Assembly (NCBI GenBank): GCA_050013755.1
Contig: JBEKER010000003.1
Location: 14,404 to 78,403, forward strand
Direction of reading: 5' to 3'
From: Halobacteriota archaeon
GTDB lineage: Archaea > Halobacteriota > Bog-38 > Methanoflorentales > Methanoflorentaceae
Length of the DNA: 64,000 bases
Positions 19,395 through 29,482 of this stretch are shown one piece after another; the first letter of the stretch is position 1; the number at the start of each line of letters is the position of its first letter. Below the pieces are notes generated by a model, which saw only the letters and a program-made list of their open reading frames with translations, did not search any database and was not told where the DNA came from. The translations under genes and the position numbers were made by a program.

Positions 19395-20708
19395 ATGAAT
19401 AATAAACTCCAAAATAAAAAACCGATTGGTTTGTGGTCGGCAATTGCCATTGGAATAGGGGGGATGGTAGGAGCCGGTATCTTCTCCATTTTAGGTATTG
19501 CCACCGAGATTGCCGGTAATCTGGTTTATGTTTCATTCATCATTGGAGGTGGTATTGCACTCCTCAGTGCTTATTCCTACGCTAAATTAGGATCTAAATA
19601 TCCCTCTGCAGGAGGGCCAGTTGAATTTCTAATCAGAGGATTTGGCGATGGAATTCTAAGTGGTGGTTTTAACTTTCTTTTGTATTTTGGTTACGTTATT
19701 GCCTTAAGTGTTTACGCAGAAGCTTTTGGCTATTATGCAGCCACGTTTCTATCTTCACATCCATCACCCGCAACCGCAACAATCTTAGCCATCTTCATTA
19801 TCCTGATATTCACATTTATTAACTTTTTAGGCGCTAAGGCTGTAGGAAAATCCGAAACGTTAATTGTGGCTATAAAAGTAGGGATATTAGTAACATTTGC
19901 AATAGTTGGATTTTTCTTTATCAAAATATCGTTACTATCAGTTTCTCACTTGATACCAATAAATAACTTATTAACAGGAGCGGCAGTGCTTTTCTTGGGA
20001 TACGAGGGTTTTGGTTTAATTACCAACACTGCCGAAGATATTGATAATCCTCAAAAAAATATACCTAGAGCTCTATATTTAGCTGTAATACTTGCAATGG
20101 TGCTATACGTGGCAGTTTCCATTGCAGTAGTGGGTAACCTGCCTCTCCCTGAAATTACACAAGCCGCGGACTACGCATTGGCAGCTGCTGCAGAACCCTT
20201 TGCAGGAGCAATTGGATTTACCATTATAGCTATAGCAGCGCTTTTTTCTACTTCTTCAGCGATAAATGCGACCCTTTATGGTGGGGCTAATGTCAGCTAT
20301 TTGATGGCAAAAAAAGGTCAACTACCCACATTTTTTAATCGAAAATCGTGGCACGATAGTAGAGAGGGTTTACTTATCACCAGCGCCACTGTCATCCTCC
20401 TAATTCTTTTATTGAATTTAAGTAATGTGGCCATGCTGGGGAGTTCAATATTTTTACTTGTCTACGCGGGCGTGAGCATATCACACCTTAAACTATACAA
20501 AAAAACTGATGCAAACAAGTACATAATATGCCTGGCTATCATAGGATGTTTCTTCTTATTGACTGTCCTGGTTTACTATGAAATATTCAACTCCCCCTTG
20601 ACCTTGTATTTACTATCAGCAGTCGTATTATTGTCATTCCTAATTGAATGGATATACCGTAAATACACATCAAGAAGTTTAAGAAATCTAGAAATGATGG
20701 ATACTTGA
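19395..20708 (+). CDS. APC-family amino acid permease (low-GC gene)
   Basis: IGIGGMVGAGIF, YP.AGG, FLGYEGF; about 12 TM; strongly AT-rich codons relative to flanks. Confidence 0.92.
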   Translation: MNNKLQNKKPIGLWSAIAIGIGGMVGAGIFSILGIATEIAGNLVYVSFIIGGGIALLSAYSYAKLGSKYPSAGGPVEFLIRGFGDGILSGGFNFLLYFGYVIALSVYAEAFGYYAATFLSSHPSPATATILAIFIILIFTFINFLGAKAVGKSETLIVAIKVGILVTFAIVGFFFIKISLLSVSHLIPINNLLTGAAVLFLGYEGFGLITNTAEDIDNPQKNIPRALYLAVILAMVLYVAVSIAVVGNLPLPEITQAADYALAAAAEPFAGAIGFTIIAIAALFSTSSAINATLYGGANVSYLMAKKGQLPTFFNRKSWHDSREGLLITSATVILLILLLNLSNVAMLGSSIFLLVYAGVSISHLKLYKKTDANKYIICLAIIGCFFLLTVLVYYEIFNSPLTLYLLSAVVLLSFLIEWIYRKYTSRSLRNLEMMDT

Positions 20709-21175
20709 TAAAAAAAACGTATATAACAGTAAGGGATACGCGCGTCGACGTCTTAGATCAGTTTCCACTGTTCAAAGACGTTCCACCAGACCCTGAGTGG
20801 GGGTAGGTCGAGCAAGAGATGGATAGATTTCTCCGACAGAAATGGCATGATGAACGTTGTTCACCTGCGAGTTTAGTGTTTGCAGTTTTTGGTTGCTGTC
20901 ACTGACTATGAGATTTTTTTCATAAATGAAGTCGTTAACATATGGGATCAATCAAATCGCGCCTATATTATGACACACGGCGAGAGGGGTCGATTGGAAG
21001 TACTTAAGCATCCTCTACTTGAAAACGTCGACAGCATCTTATGAGTAGCTGGGGAGATGTCGATCTCACAGGCAACCTAGGAACAGCTCGATAGGTTTAG
21101 TATGACGCTACTTTGCCAGCGCCACGGTGGCAGCTCAGATTTGTGTAAGACAGTTTGAAGTGGACTCATTCGAAA

Positions 21176-21688
21176 ATGAACAATAAGAACAAGGATAAAC
21201 GAACGGACGTACAGCAAACATATGCGCCGCGGAAAATTCTTAAAACGGGTCAAAATGAACTCCATGCACTCTTCAGCCTCTTCAGCGACGCACGTCTAAA
21301 GCAAGTCTTCAGATTTGCCTCTGTGGGTGCAAGCGGGGTTTTGTTGGTTCTATTCTTAACGTGGATATTTACGGAATACATCGGCTTGTTCTATCTTCTA
21401 TCCGCAGCCTTGGCGATGCAGATTAGCGTCTTTTGGGCATTTGCTTTGAACACCAAGATTACTTTTCGCTACAAGTTCAAAAAATCCGACAATCTATTTC
21501 CGGCGCTAGGGAAGTACCAATTGGTAGCCTTGGGGGGCATCACCATCAATTTAGCTTTGTTATTCGCCTTCACAACATTCTTAAATATTTTTTACATCAT
21601 TTCAGAACTAATGGCTATCATAGTCGCATTTGGATTTCGTTACCTAATGAGCCTCAGATTTGTATGGCGCAACCAAGTCGCTAGCTAA
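21176..21688 (+). CDS. GtrA-family membrane protein
   Basis: QVFRFASVGASG, FALNTKITF, KYQLVALGGITINL, FRYLMSLRFVW. Confidence 0.85.
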   Translation: MNNKNKDKRTDVQQTYAPRKILKTGQNELHALFSLFSDARLKQVFRFASVGASGVLLVLFLTWIFTEYIGLFYLLSAALAMQISVFWAFALNTKITFRYKFKKSDNLFPALGKYQLVALGGITINLALLFAFTTFLNIFYIISELMAIIVAFGFRYLMSLRFVWRNQVAS

Positions 21689-21884
21689 GACGAGCGCGCT
21701 TGGCGATACTAGATTGCCCTTCTTTTTTCCACGCCTTCGTTATAGCCGCTTAACTGGTGCCGCCTCGTTCTTAGCGGGCTCCTCTTCTTTCGAGGTGCGG
21801 CGCAGGAGTCACACCTACTGATTAGGTCAAACCGCTCGATTTCTAGGCCCTCGGGTCTCATTTTCGGTTATTGACCAGAGGTGG

Positions 21885-22380
21885 TCATGCAAAACGGCCC
21901 TTTTCATATACGTCGTGCAGGAGCCTCATCATTGAACTGCTGGTACACTAGTCGTGCTCACCGACGCGAGTCCCAACACCTGCTACAGCCGCTGGATATC
22001 AACCCCGTGCCGGACCACGTTGATGGCAAAGCTATGCGCCTGAAACTATGCGGGTGCACGTGCTTGCCGATCACGTTCCATACCGCTTCACCAGTTTCCG
22101 GGCCCGCTGCTGGGATATAGGGAAGGGGCGCATCGCTCGCAATGGTACGTTCAGCCACGTAGTCACGCAGCTCAGCCAGCGTTATCACGTCAAGCGGGAG
22201 CCGCCGCTGCTTGCCGCCCTTCGCCCTCACGATATTGATCATGTGATTGTGGTATTCGATGTCCTAGAGCCGCAGGTTTAGCAGTGCATTGATGTGGATT
22301 CCCAAACGCCATAACACATGCATTAGTAGGTAGTTACGTTCACTGCAGCTGCCGCACAAGATATTTAAACGAATACGTTT
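21885..22380 (-). pseudogene. Decayed tyrosine recombinase/integrase
   Basis: Frame-shifted reading: RNYLLMHVLWRLGIHINALLNLRL*DIEY...AKGGKQRRLP...HPHSFR(fs)HSFAINVVRHGVDIQRL*QVLG.ASVSTTSV(fs). Two TAG stops and at least two frameshifts. Confidence 0.85.
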
Positions 22381-22393
22381 CAATGCGGCATCA

Positions 22394-23020
22394 ATGCTAA
22401 AAAGTGACCTGTTTGCAGCGTTCAGGACGACTGTGATCTTTTTAGTATTGTGCGGACTAGTTTTCCCTCTGCTACTCGTAGGCATAGGGCAAATCGCAGA
22501 TAGGCCGGCTGCAGAAGGAAGCGTGCTGACACAAAATGGCACAGTTGTTGGTTCGAGCCTAATCGGGCAGTCGTTTGTCGATCCGATGCACTTTCAATCG
22601 AGGCCATCTGGGGTGTCCAATTGGGGACCAAACAACCCCGCCCTCATCGAGAATGTCAGTCAACAGGTAGCATATCAGAAGCAGCTTAATCCGTCTGTCA
22701 ATCTCGTACCGATCGATTTGGTGACGCAATCTGGCTCAGGCGTTGATCCGAATATTGCATCTGACAGTGCCTTGCTGCAAGTTCCGCGCATTTCGAACTT
22801 GACAGGCATCTCTCAAGATGTGCTCACGCGGCTCGTGAATCAATACACCGAGAATCCCGTTGCCGGCGTCTTTGGAGAGCCACGGGTCAACGTACTACAA
22901 CTCAATTTTGCATTGGATAATTTATTAAGCCCCTCGGCGTTGAAAGCTGCAGAGGCGAACGCTACTGCTTTGAACGCAGCAGCACTGAATGCAACGGTCA
23001 CGAACACAACCGCGAAGTGA
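22394..23020 (+). CDS. kdpC: K+-transporting ATPase subunit C
   Basis: GSSLIGQSF, F.SRPS, SNWGP.N, DLVTQSGSGVDPNI, GEPRVNVLQLN.ALD. Confidence 0.92.
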   Translation: MLKSDLFAAFRTTVIFLVLCGLVFPLLLVGIGQIADRPAAEGSVLTQNGTVVGSSLIGQSFVDPMHFQSRPSGVSNWGPNNPALIENVSQQVAYQKQLNPSVNLVPIDLVTQSGSGVDPNIASDSALLQVPRISNLTGISQDVLTRLVNQYTENPVAGVFGEPRVNVLQLNFALDNLLSPSALKAAEANATALNAAALNATVTNTTAK

Positions 23021-23027
23021 TCTTCGT

Positions 23028-23795
23028 CTACGCCCTCACGACGAGAATGTTGCTTTGCGCACTTTCAATAACTTTGTCCACTACAGTCCCAAAAACAACG
23101 CTCGCGCTGCGTGGACGCTCTGAAGCCCCCATAACCAGCGCATCATAATCCTTTGCAATCGCTATAATCTGCTCAGCGACAGGACCTGAACGGACTTCAA
23201 CGCTTACACGTTCATTCGCGGACGCTAATCGCTTGAGGTCGTCGAGGACTTCACTTTCATTTGCTTCAGATATATGCAGTAACGTTATCTGGCCCTGCGT
23301 AGGTTCTGCTAGCGTTGCTGCTATCTTGAGCGCGGCGATAGAATGCTTGTATCCTGCGGAAGGAACCAGTATCCGCTCAAATGCGCTGTCGTATTTAAGA
23401 TTCGACAGTATGACATCACACTTCGCATTTTTCATGATGGGATAGATGATGTCACCGTGACGAATCTTGTGAAGAGTTGATTGCAGACTGTAGCCCAGCA
23501 CCGTCAGATCTGCGTCGTGTTTTGCTATCTGCTGAACAATGGCATCATAAACAGAGGGAGCTTCTGTAATTTCTGGGACGGCCTCGACGTTGAACCGCTG
23601 CGCTAATTGCATCAGGCGCATGATGAGATTAACTTTGTCAAGATAGTTCTTGTTCCGGTCGGGATAGCTTTCACGCGCGAGAAGCACGCCGAGGAGTATG
23701 AGCGTTCCTTCATTACGGAGCAGTCTCAGCGCCGCTTTTAAGGTGTACTCAGCATTTTTTGGGTTCGAAATCGGAAGGAGGATGTGCTTATACAT
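23028..23795 (-). CDS. Tandem-domain universal stress protein
   Basis: YKHILLPIS, FERILVPSAG, ALVMGASE...VFGTVVDKVIE..Q.NILVVR. Confidence 0.9.
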   Translation of the reverse strand: MYKHILLPISNPKNAEYTLKAALRLLRNEGTLILLGVLLARESYPDRNKNYLDKVNLIMRLMQLAQRFNVEAVPEITEAPSVYDAIVQQIAKHDADLTVLGYSLQSTLHKIRHGDIIYPIMKNAKCDVILSNLKYDSAFERILVPSAGYKHSIAALKIAATLAEPTQGQITLLHISEANESEVLDDLKRLASANERVSVEVRSGPVAEQIIAIAKDYDALVMGASERPRSASVVFGTVVDKVIESAQSNILVVRA

Positions 23796-23949
23796 AAATG
23801 AGCTCGCGCCTTGTTGTTATTACAGTGCCCAGAATTTGTGCGCCTATCGATGCGCTATTCGCGGCCCTATATCTGCTTCTTAGCCCCACATAGCTTGTTT
23901 GAACCCTCAAGGGTGAAGCTTTTATAGGCCCATGCATATCATGCGATGG

Positions 23950-24039
23950 ATGGATATATACTACGTCATCTTCGTAGTCATTTCGCTATTGTTGCTCATA
24001 TATCTTACCTACGTTATACTATATCCCGACCGGTTTTAG
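23950..24039 (+). CDS. kdpF: K+-transporting ATPase subunit F (below ORF-track cutoff)
   Basis: MDIYYVIFVVISLLLLIYLTYVILYPDRF; 29-aa hydrophobic peptide with the KdpF YL.Y....P(D/E)RF ending, directly before kdpA. Confidence 0.88.
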   Translation: MDIYYVIFVVISLLLLIYLTYVILYPDRF

Positions 24040-24047
24040 TGGTGTGA

Positions 24048-25745
24048 ATGGACGTCCTTGGCGTTGTTCAGATTATCGTGGAGCTTACTGCTGTGCTGCT
24101 CCTTGTCCGCCCTGTAGGCGGCTACGTAGTTAGCGTTTTTTTCAAGGAGCGAAGTCGACTCGACGCGCTGTTTGGTCCGATTGAGCGAGGCTTATACTGG
24201 GCGATCGGTGTTGACCCAAGTGAAGAAATGGGCGTAGGACGCTACGTCCTGACCCTTCTTTTGGTCAACGGGGTCATGCTCGTCATTGTCATGCTGATTC
24301 TAAATACTCAAGGGTACCTTCCCCTGAACCCGACGGCCGCGGCAAACATGCCGATCGACCTAGCGTTTAACACCGCCGCAAGTTTCATGACGAACACGAA
24401 CTGGCAAAGCTATGCCGGCGAGACGCAAGCGTCCTACCTCAGCCAGATGATCGGCATCACGTTTCTCATGTTCACTTCAGCCGCCACCGGAATGGCAGTT
24501 GGGGCGGCGTTCATTAGAGGGTTTGCGAGCAGGGACCCCCGGCCTGGTTTTCGGGAGATAAACGGCATTGGCAACTTCTACTTTGATTTTGTGCGCGTAC
24601 TGACGCGGGTGCTTATACCGTTCGCGATCATCGTGTCGATTTTGTTGCTAGTGCAGGGGGTTCCGCAAACGCTTCTAGGGCCACTGAGCTACCACACTGT
24701 TGAAGGGAGTATCAGCACGCTGTACCGAGGACCGGTTGCTTCGCTCGAGTCGATAAAGCATCTCGGGACGAACGGTGGCGGGTTTTTCGCGCAAAATTCC
24801 GCGTACCCCTTTGAAAATCCCACGCCGCTGACCAACGTAATCGAAATCGTCGCAATGCTAATTATCCCTATTTCCTTGCTTTACACATTCGGGGTGATGA
24901 CAGGTAACACCAAAGAGGGGTGGATTCTCATCGGAACTCTGACGACCATATTCATCGTTTTGCTCAGCATCGGGCTCCTTGCAGAATCGTCAAACCCTGC
25001 TCTCTCGAACCTTGCAGTGAACCAGTCGAGCGGAAATCTGGAAGGCAAAGAGGTTCGATTCGGCACCGACAACTCCGTGATGTTCACTGTGTCAACCACC
25101 TCAACGGGGACTGGATCCGTGAACAGCATGCTCGACAGCTACACGGCGATCGGAGGAGCCGTCCCGCTCTTCCTCCTTATGATCGGCTCCCTTTTTGCCG
25201 GCGACGGGTCAGGCCTTCTCACTGTCCTTATGTATGTGATACTGGCCGTATTCATAGCAGGCCTGATGGTCGGACGTAGCCCACAATACCTTGGCCGGAA
25301 GATCGAATCCAAAGAGGTCAAGCTCACATTCCTCGCATTTCTCGTTCACCCCATCCTTATACTCGGGTTTACCGCAGCAGGGATCATCTTCGCGACGAGC
25401 TCTTTGCTGAACCCAGGGTTTCACGGCTTTACTGAGATGCTCTACGCGTTTTCGTCAGCCGCAGCCAACAATGGATCAGCATTCGCCGGTTTGAGTGCCA
25501 ATACCCCGTTTTTGAACTATACGCTTGGGGTCACGATGCTACTCGGCAGGTACATAACGTTCCCCCTCATGCTCCTGGTTTCAGATTCATTCCTGCATAA
25601 GAAGACAACGCCCTACGATGCCGGAACGTTTCGAACCGACAAATGGATTTTTGGCCTCATACTGATCGGTGTCATCATCATTCTCGGCGCACTGACGTTT
25701 TTCCCGGTGCTGGTTTTAGGACCTCTAGGGGAGGCACTCATCTAG
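24048..25745 (+). CDS. kdpA: K+-transporting ATPase subunit A
   Basis: [51 protein letters not shown]. Confidence 0.97.
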   Translation: MDVLGVVQIIVELTAVLLLVRPVGGYVVSVFFKERSRLDALFGPIERGLYWAIGVDPSEEMGVGRYVLTLLLVNGVMLVIVMLILNTQGYLPLNPTAAANMPIDLAFNTAASFMTNTNWQSYAGETQASYLSQMIGITFLMFTSAATGMAVGAAFIRGFASRDPRPGFREINGIGNFYFDFVRVLTRVLIPFAIIVSILLLVQGVPQTLLGPLSYHTVEGSISTLYRGPVASLESIKHLGTNGGGFFAQNSAYPFENPTPLTNVIEIVAMLIIPISLLYTFGVMTGNTKEGWILIGTLTTIFIVLLSIGLLAESSNPALSNLAVNQSSGNLEGKEVRFGTDNSVMFTVSTTSTGTGSVNSMLDSYTAIGGAVPLFLLMIGSLFAGDGSGLLTVLMYVILAVFIAGLMVGRSPQYLGRKIESKEVKLTFLAFLVHPILILGFTAAGIIFATSSLLNPGFHGFTEMLYAFSSAAANNGSAFAGLSANTPFLNYTLGVTMLLGRYITFPLMLLVSDSFLHKKTTPYDAGTFRTDKWIFGLILIGVIIILGALTFFPVLVLGPLGEALI

Positions 25746-25756
25746 GGGGGCACACC

Positions 25757-27766
25757 ATGGACAACCAAAAGTGGTATAGCCGGGCATTGCTCGCGGAGGC
25801 GTTAAAGGAATCGATACGGAAACTCGATCCACGGTCGCTCGTCGCAAACCCCGTGATGTTTGTCGTCGAGGTGGGCTTCGTGTATACGCTCATACTCGCG
25901 GTCTCTGCCGCGATAGCCGGAAGCGGACAGTTCGTCTTCATCAGCGAGATTTCGGCGATCTTACTGATAACCGTGCTGTTTTCCACCTTCTCTGAAGCGA
26001 TTGCCGAGGGACGCGGCAAGGCCCAAGCAGAGAGCCTGAAAAAAACGAAAAAGGAGGTCACCGCGAATAAGGTCGTCGGGGATCAAATCGTTGAAGTCAA
26101 CGGGCATGATCTCGTGAAAGGCGATGTGGTAAAAGTCAGCGCTGGCGAGGTCATCCCGAATGACGGCGAGGTTATCAAGGGCAGGGGTGCCGTCGACGAA
26201 TCCGCAATAACGGGGGAGTCTGCACCAGTAATCCGCGAAAGCGGCGGAGATTTTAGCTCGGTAACGGGCGGTACGACGCTCTTGAGTGATGAACTTATAA
26301 TCCGCATTACGGCAAACCCAGGAGAGTCGTTCCTCGACAAAATGATCGCGCTCGTCGAGGGGGCGTCGCGACAAAAAACGCCCAACGAAATAGCACTCAC
26401 CATCGTTCTTGCCGGCCTCACGTGGATATTCCTTCTTGTCATCATTACGCTTAACGCACTCGCCGGTTATTCCGGTATATTGGTAAGCACTACGACCTTA
26501 ATCGCGCTTCTCGTCTGCCTTATCCCAACTACCATCGGTGGCCTGCTTTCCGCAATCGGAATCGCTGGTATGGACAGAGTGACGCAATTCAACGTTATTG
26601 CCAAATCAGGAAAAGCCGTTGAGGCGGCGGGCGATATCAACACGCTTATCCTTGACAAAACAGGCACGATAACGATCGGCAACAGACTCGCAGAGGAATT
26701 CATCCCGCTTGGCGACAAGACCAGCGGAGAGGTCACGAAGGCAGCGTTTCTCGCCTCAGCGCGTGATGAGACCCCCGAAGGCCGGTCAATTGTGAACCTA
26801 GCAAAGAAGCTGATGCCCGATTTGGTTGAGCCGGAGATTAGCCAAGTAATCGACTTCTCTGCAGAGACAAAGATGAGTGGAGTTGATCTAGCGGATGGCT
26901 CAGAGATTCGTAAGGGGGCATTTGACGTGATGTCAGCTTATGTGAAGTACGTTCCCGGTGGATTTAAAGAAATCGTTGACGGGATTTCACGCAAGGGGGC
27001 GACGCCGCTCGTGATATCAATAGATCACGACCCTATCGGCGTGATACACCTCAAAGATACAGTCAAACCAGGAATGCGTGATAGGCTGCACGAGTTGAAG
27101 AGCATGGGAATTAGGACGGTCATGGTCACCGGAGACAACAGGCTCACCGCGGCGACGATCGCGGAAGAAGCGGGAGTCGATGATTATGTTCCCGAGAGCA
27201 AGCCGGAGGACAAGATAAAGATCGTGCAAGCGGAGCAGGCAGCAGGCAAGCTCGTTGCGATGACCGGAGACGGCACCAATGATGCTCCTGCATTGGCACA
27301 AGCCGATGTGGGGCTCGCCATGAATAGCGGCACGCAAGCAGCAAAAGAGGCCGCGAACATGGTCGACCTCGACAGCGATCCGTCAAAGCTGATAGCGGTC
27401 GTGTCGATCGGAAAACAGCTCCTGATGACGCGCGGTGCCATTACGACGTTTAGCATCGTCAACGACGTCGCCAAGTATTTCGCAATCATCCCCGCTATTT
27501 TCGCCGTTGCAATTCCTGAGGCAAACAAGCTCAACATCATGGCACTATCTTCACCGAACAGCGCCATACTATCTGCAGTTATCTTCAACGCCCTAATAAT
27601 CCCGGCGCTTATTCCGCTTGCCATGAGGGGTGTGAAATACAAGCCGAGTGACGCGTCGACAATCCTCTTGAGAAATATTGCGATTTACGGCGTTGGGGGC
27701 TTAATAGTCCCATTCATCGCGATTAAAGCAATCGATGTCATTATAACCAGCCTTCATCTCGTCTAG
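25757..27766 (+). CDS. kdpB: K+-transporting ATPase subunit B
   Basis: [62 protein letters not shown]; ATG at 25757. Confidence 0.97.
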   Translation: MDNQKWYSRALLAEALKESIRKLDPRSLVANPVMFVVEVGFVYTLILAVSAAIAGSGQFVFISEISAILLITVLFSTFSEAIAEGRGKAQAESLKKTKKEVTANKVVGDQIVEVNGHDLVKGDVVKVSAGEVIPNDGEVIKGRGAVDESAITGESAPVIRESGGDFSSVTGGTTLLSDELIIRITANPGESFLDKMIALVEGASRQKTPNEIALTIVLAGLTWIFLLVIITLNALAGYSGILVSTTTLIALLVCLIPTTIGGLLSAIGIAGMDRVTQFNVIAKSGKAVEAAGDINTLILDKTGTITIGNRLAEEFIPLGDKTSGEVTKAAFLASARDETPEGRSIVNLAKKLMPDLVEPEISQVIDFSAETKMSGVDLADGSEIRKGAFDVMSAYVKYVPGGFKEIVDGISRKGATPLVISIDHDPIGVIHLKDTVKPGMRDRLHELKSMGIRTVMVTGDNRLTAATIAEEAGVDDYVPESKPEDKIKIVQAEQAAGKLVAMTGDGTNDAPALAQADVGLAMNSGTQAAKEAANMVDLDSDPSKLIAVVSIGKQLLMTRGAITTFSIVNDVAKYFAIIPAIFAVAIPEANKLNIMALSSPNSAILSAVIFNALIIPALIPLAMRGVKYKPSDASTILLRNIAIYGVGGLIVPFIAIKAIDVIITSLHLV

Positions 27767-28008
27767 CGCCGCTAGCTATCTTTCAGGAGACCGCTCGTGC
27801 GCTGCTAGTTTCATGCTAATGCGTGATCGTCTCGTGGACCACGATCGTCGCATACACAAAAACGTAGTCGCGAACTCCGCGCGGTGGTAAACGCGCCAAA
27901 TCGCCCGCCCTCGCGCCGTCCAACACGTCTGCCAGATGAGTCGGATTTTAATCGAAGAGTTTTATAGGTGTACGCGGGGTCTGAATCGCACTTGGGAGGA
28001 ATCACAAG

Positions 28009-28590
28009 ATGAAAATTGAGCTTGGAGCGCGAAATTGTCTTTACCCCATGCCAACGACGCTCGTGGGAGCGACAGTAGAGGGGAGGCCTAACTTCATCAC
28101 CATCGCGCACGTCGGCATTATGGACCTGGGAAGCGTCTCCCTCGGGATGGCAAAAGCCCACTACACTAACGCCGGAATCAAGGAGAACGGGACGTTCAGC
28201 GTCAACCTGCCATCTGCTGATATGGTGAAGGAAACTGACTACTGTGGCCTAGCGTCGGGGAAGCGCGTTGACAAAGCACAGTTATTTCACATTTTCTACG
28301 GCAACCTCAAGACGGCCCCTATGGTTGCTGAGTGTCCCATTAACATGGAGTGCAAGCTCATAAGGGTGGTTGATTTTCCGAAGCACGACGTATTCATAGG
28401 CGAGATCGTCACTACTTATGCTGAGGATGCGGTGCTGACCGACGGCGCAGTGGACTATGGCAAAGTGCGGCCGCTTCTCTTCACCATGGTGGATCAGAGT
28501 TACTGGATGCTAGGCAAAAGATTCGCAAAAGCTTGGAGCATCGGAAAGGACTTGAACGGGCATAAGTCAACTGAAGCAGTCGGCAAGTGA
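28009..28590 (+). CDS. Flavin reductase-like / flavoredoxin family protein
   Basis: LYPMPTTLVGA, GRPNFITIA, F.VNLPS, DYCGLASG, APMVAECPINMEC, HDVFIGEI. Confidence 0.9.
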   Translation: MKIELGARNCLYPMPTTLVGATVEGRPNFITIAHVGIMDLGSVSLGMAKAHYTNAGIKENGTFSVNLPSADMVKETDYCGLASGKRVDKAQLFHIFYGNLKTAPMVAECPINMECKLIRVVDFPKHDVFIGEIVTTYAEDAVLTDGAVDYGKVRPLLFTMVDQSYWMLGKRFAKAWSIGKDLNGHKSTEAVGK

Positions 28591-28730
28591 CACGGATGGT
28601 ATCGTCAAACTACACATCCGTGCTCGAAGCTACTATCTCACGGCAACTAGGCACGCGACTCGCAGACTGCTGATCAGAACGAGCACCGATAACAGTAAAA
28701 GCGATAAGGGCGAAGCTAGGTGAGGTAGCA

Positions 28731-29144
28731 ATGAAAACCAAGTACGTTCTTTTGCCGGTGCTGGCCCTGATTATCCTGGCCACCTGTATATCGGGGTGCA
28801 CGTCAACAAACCCCTCTGGTGGGCAGGGGAATAGTACAAGCGCCGTACCTGTATACCAGCCCTCAGCGAAGACAGCATCAGTCAACACAAGCGAGGGCAA
28901 TGTGACGACCTACCAGACAACTGGCTCCGCTACTCAAGTTGCTGATTTTTATAAGACTGAAATGGCAAACCGAGGGTACCAAGCTTCAACCCCCGTTCAA
29001 CAAGGATCAGATGTGGTTCTCACTTTCGTCAAAGGAACGAGTACGGTGCACGTCGCGATCGCCACTATTAACGCGCAAATCGGCCCAATAAATTTATCTC
29101 AACTAGGAGCGACGACGTTCATAATCACAGAGCGAAGTGCGTAA
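28731..29144 (+). CDS. Predicted lipoprotein of unknown function
   Basis: Basic N-terminus, hydrophobic core, lipobox-like ISGC, Ser/Thr/Gly linker. Confidence 0.7.
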   Translation: MKTKYVLLPVLALIILATCISGCTSTNPSGGQGNSTSAVPVYQPSAKTASVNTSEGNVTTYQTTGSATQVADFYKTEMANRGYQASTPVQQGSDVVLTFVKGTSTVHVAIATINAQIGPINLSQLGATTFIITERSA

Positions 29145-29482
29145 GAATTCAGCAACATCAAAAGGACTTGTTTAGTACTCAGGCGCGTTGCACAGGACGC
29201 CACGTACTTGTACGCAGACGAGAGAGAGGCATATTCGAGCGTTTGCCCGTCGCAGTGCGTGCCGGAGCGTCACAAATACATTGAGATGCGACACTTGTTG
29301 CTCAGTGATCCTCGTGCTGATTGTCTAGAGAGTAATTATAAATAGCCCACACGTGAGGTACAACAACGCGACAAATGTTTACTTGCGACAGAACGGGAAG
29401 TCTTAGCGCGCAAATATGAGACGCTTGAACGTGTTTTGGCCTATTTTAAAGTTGCCCCCTCACGAGTTGTGAGTACAGACAA

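Noticed and set aside
20745-20915. Short reading-frame fragment VLDQFPLFKDVPPDPEWG*VEQEMDRFLRQKW after the low-GC permease
   Set aside because: It may be a gene remnant, but it is too short to assign without a search.
13738-22266. In-frame TAG codons (HEAT remnant, integrase, a fragment near 20810) as possible pyrrolysine recoding
   Set aside because: The integrase also has frameshifts and lost catalytic residues. TAG is used as a normal stop by many intact genes here (for example 5535, 5925, 19232, 24039). No pyl genes are in the window.
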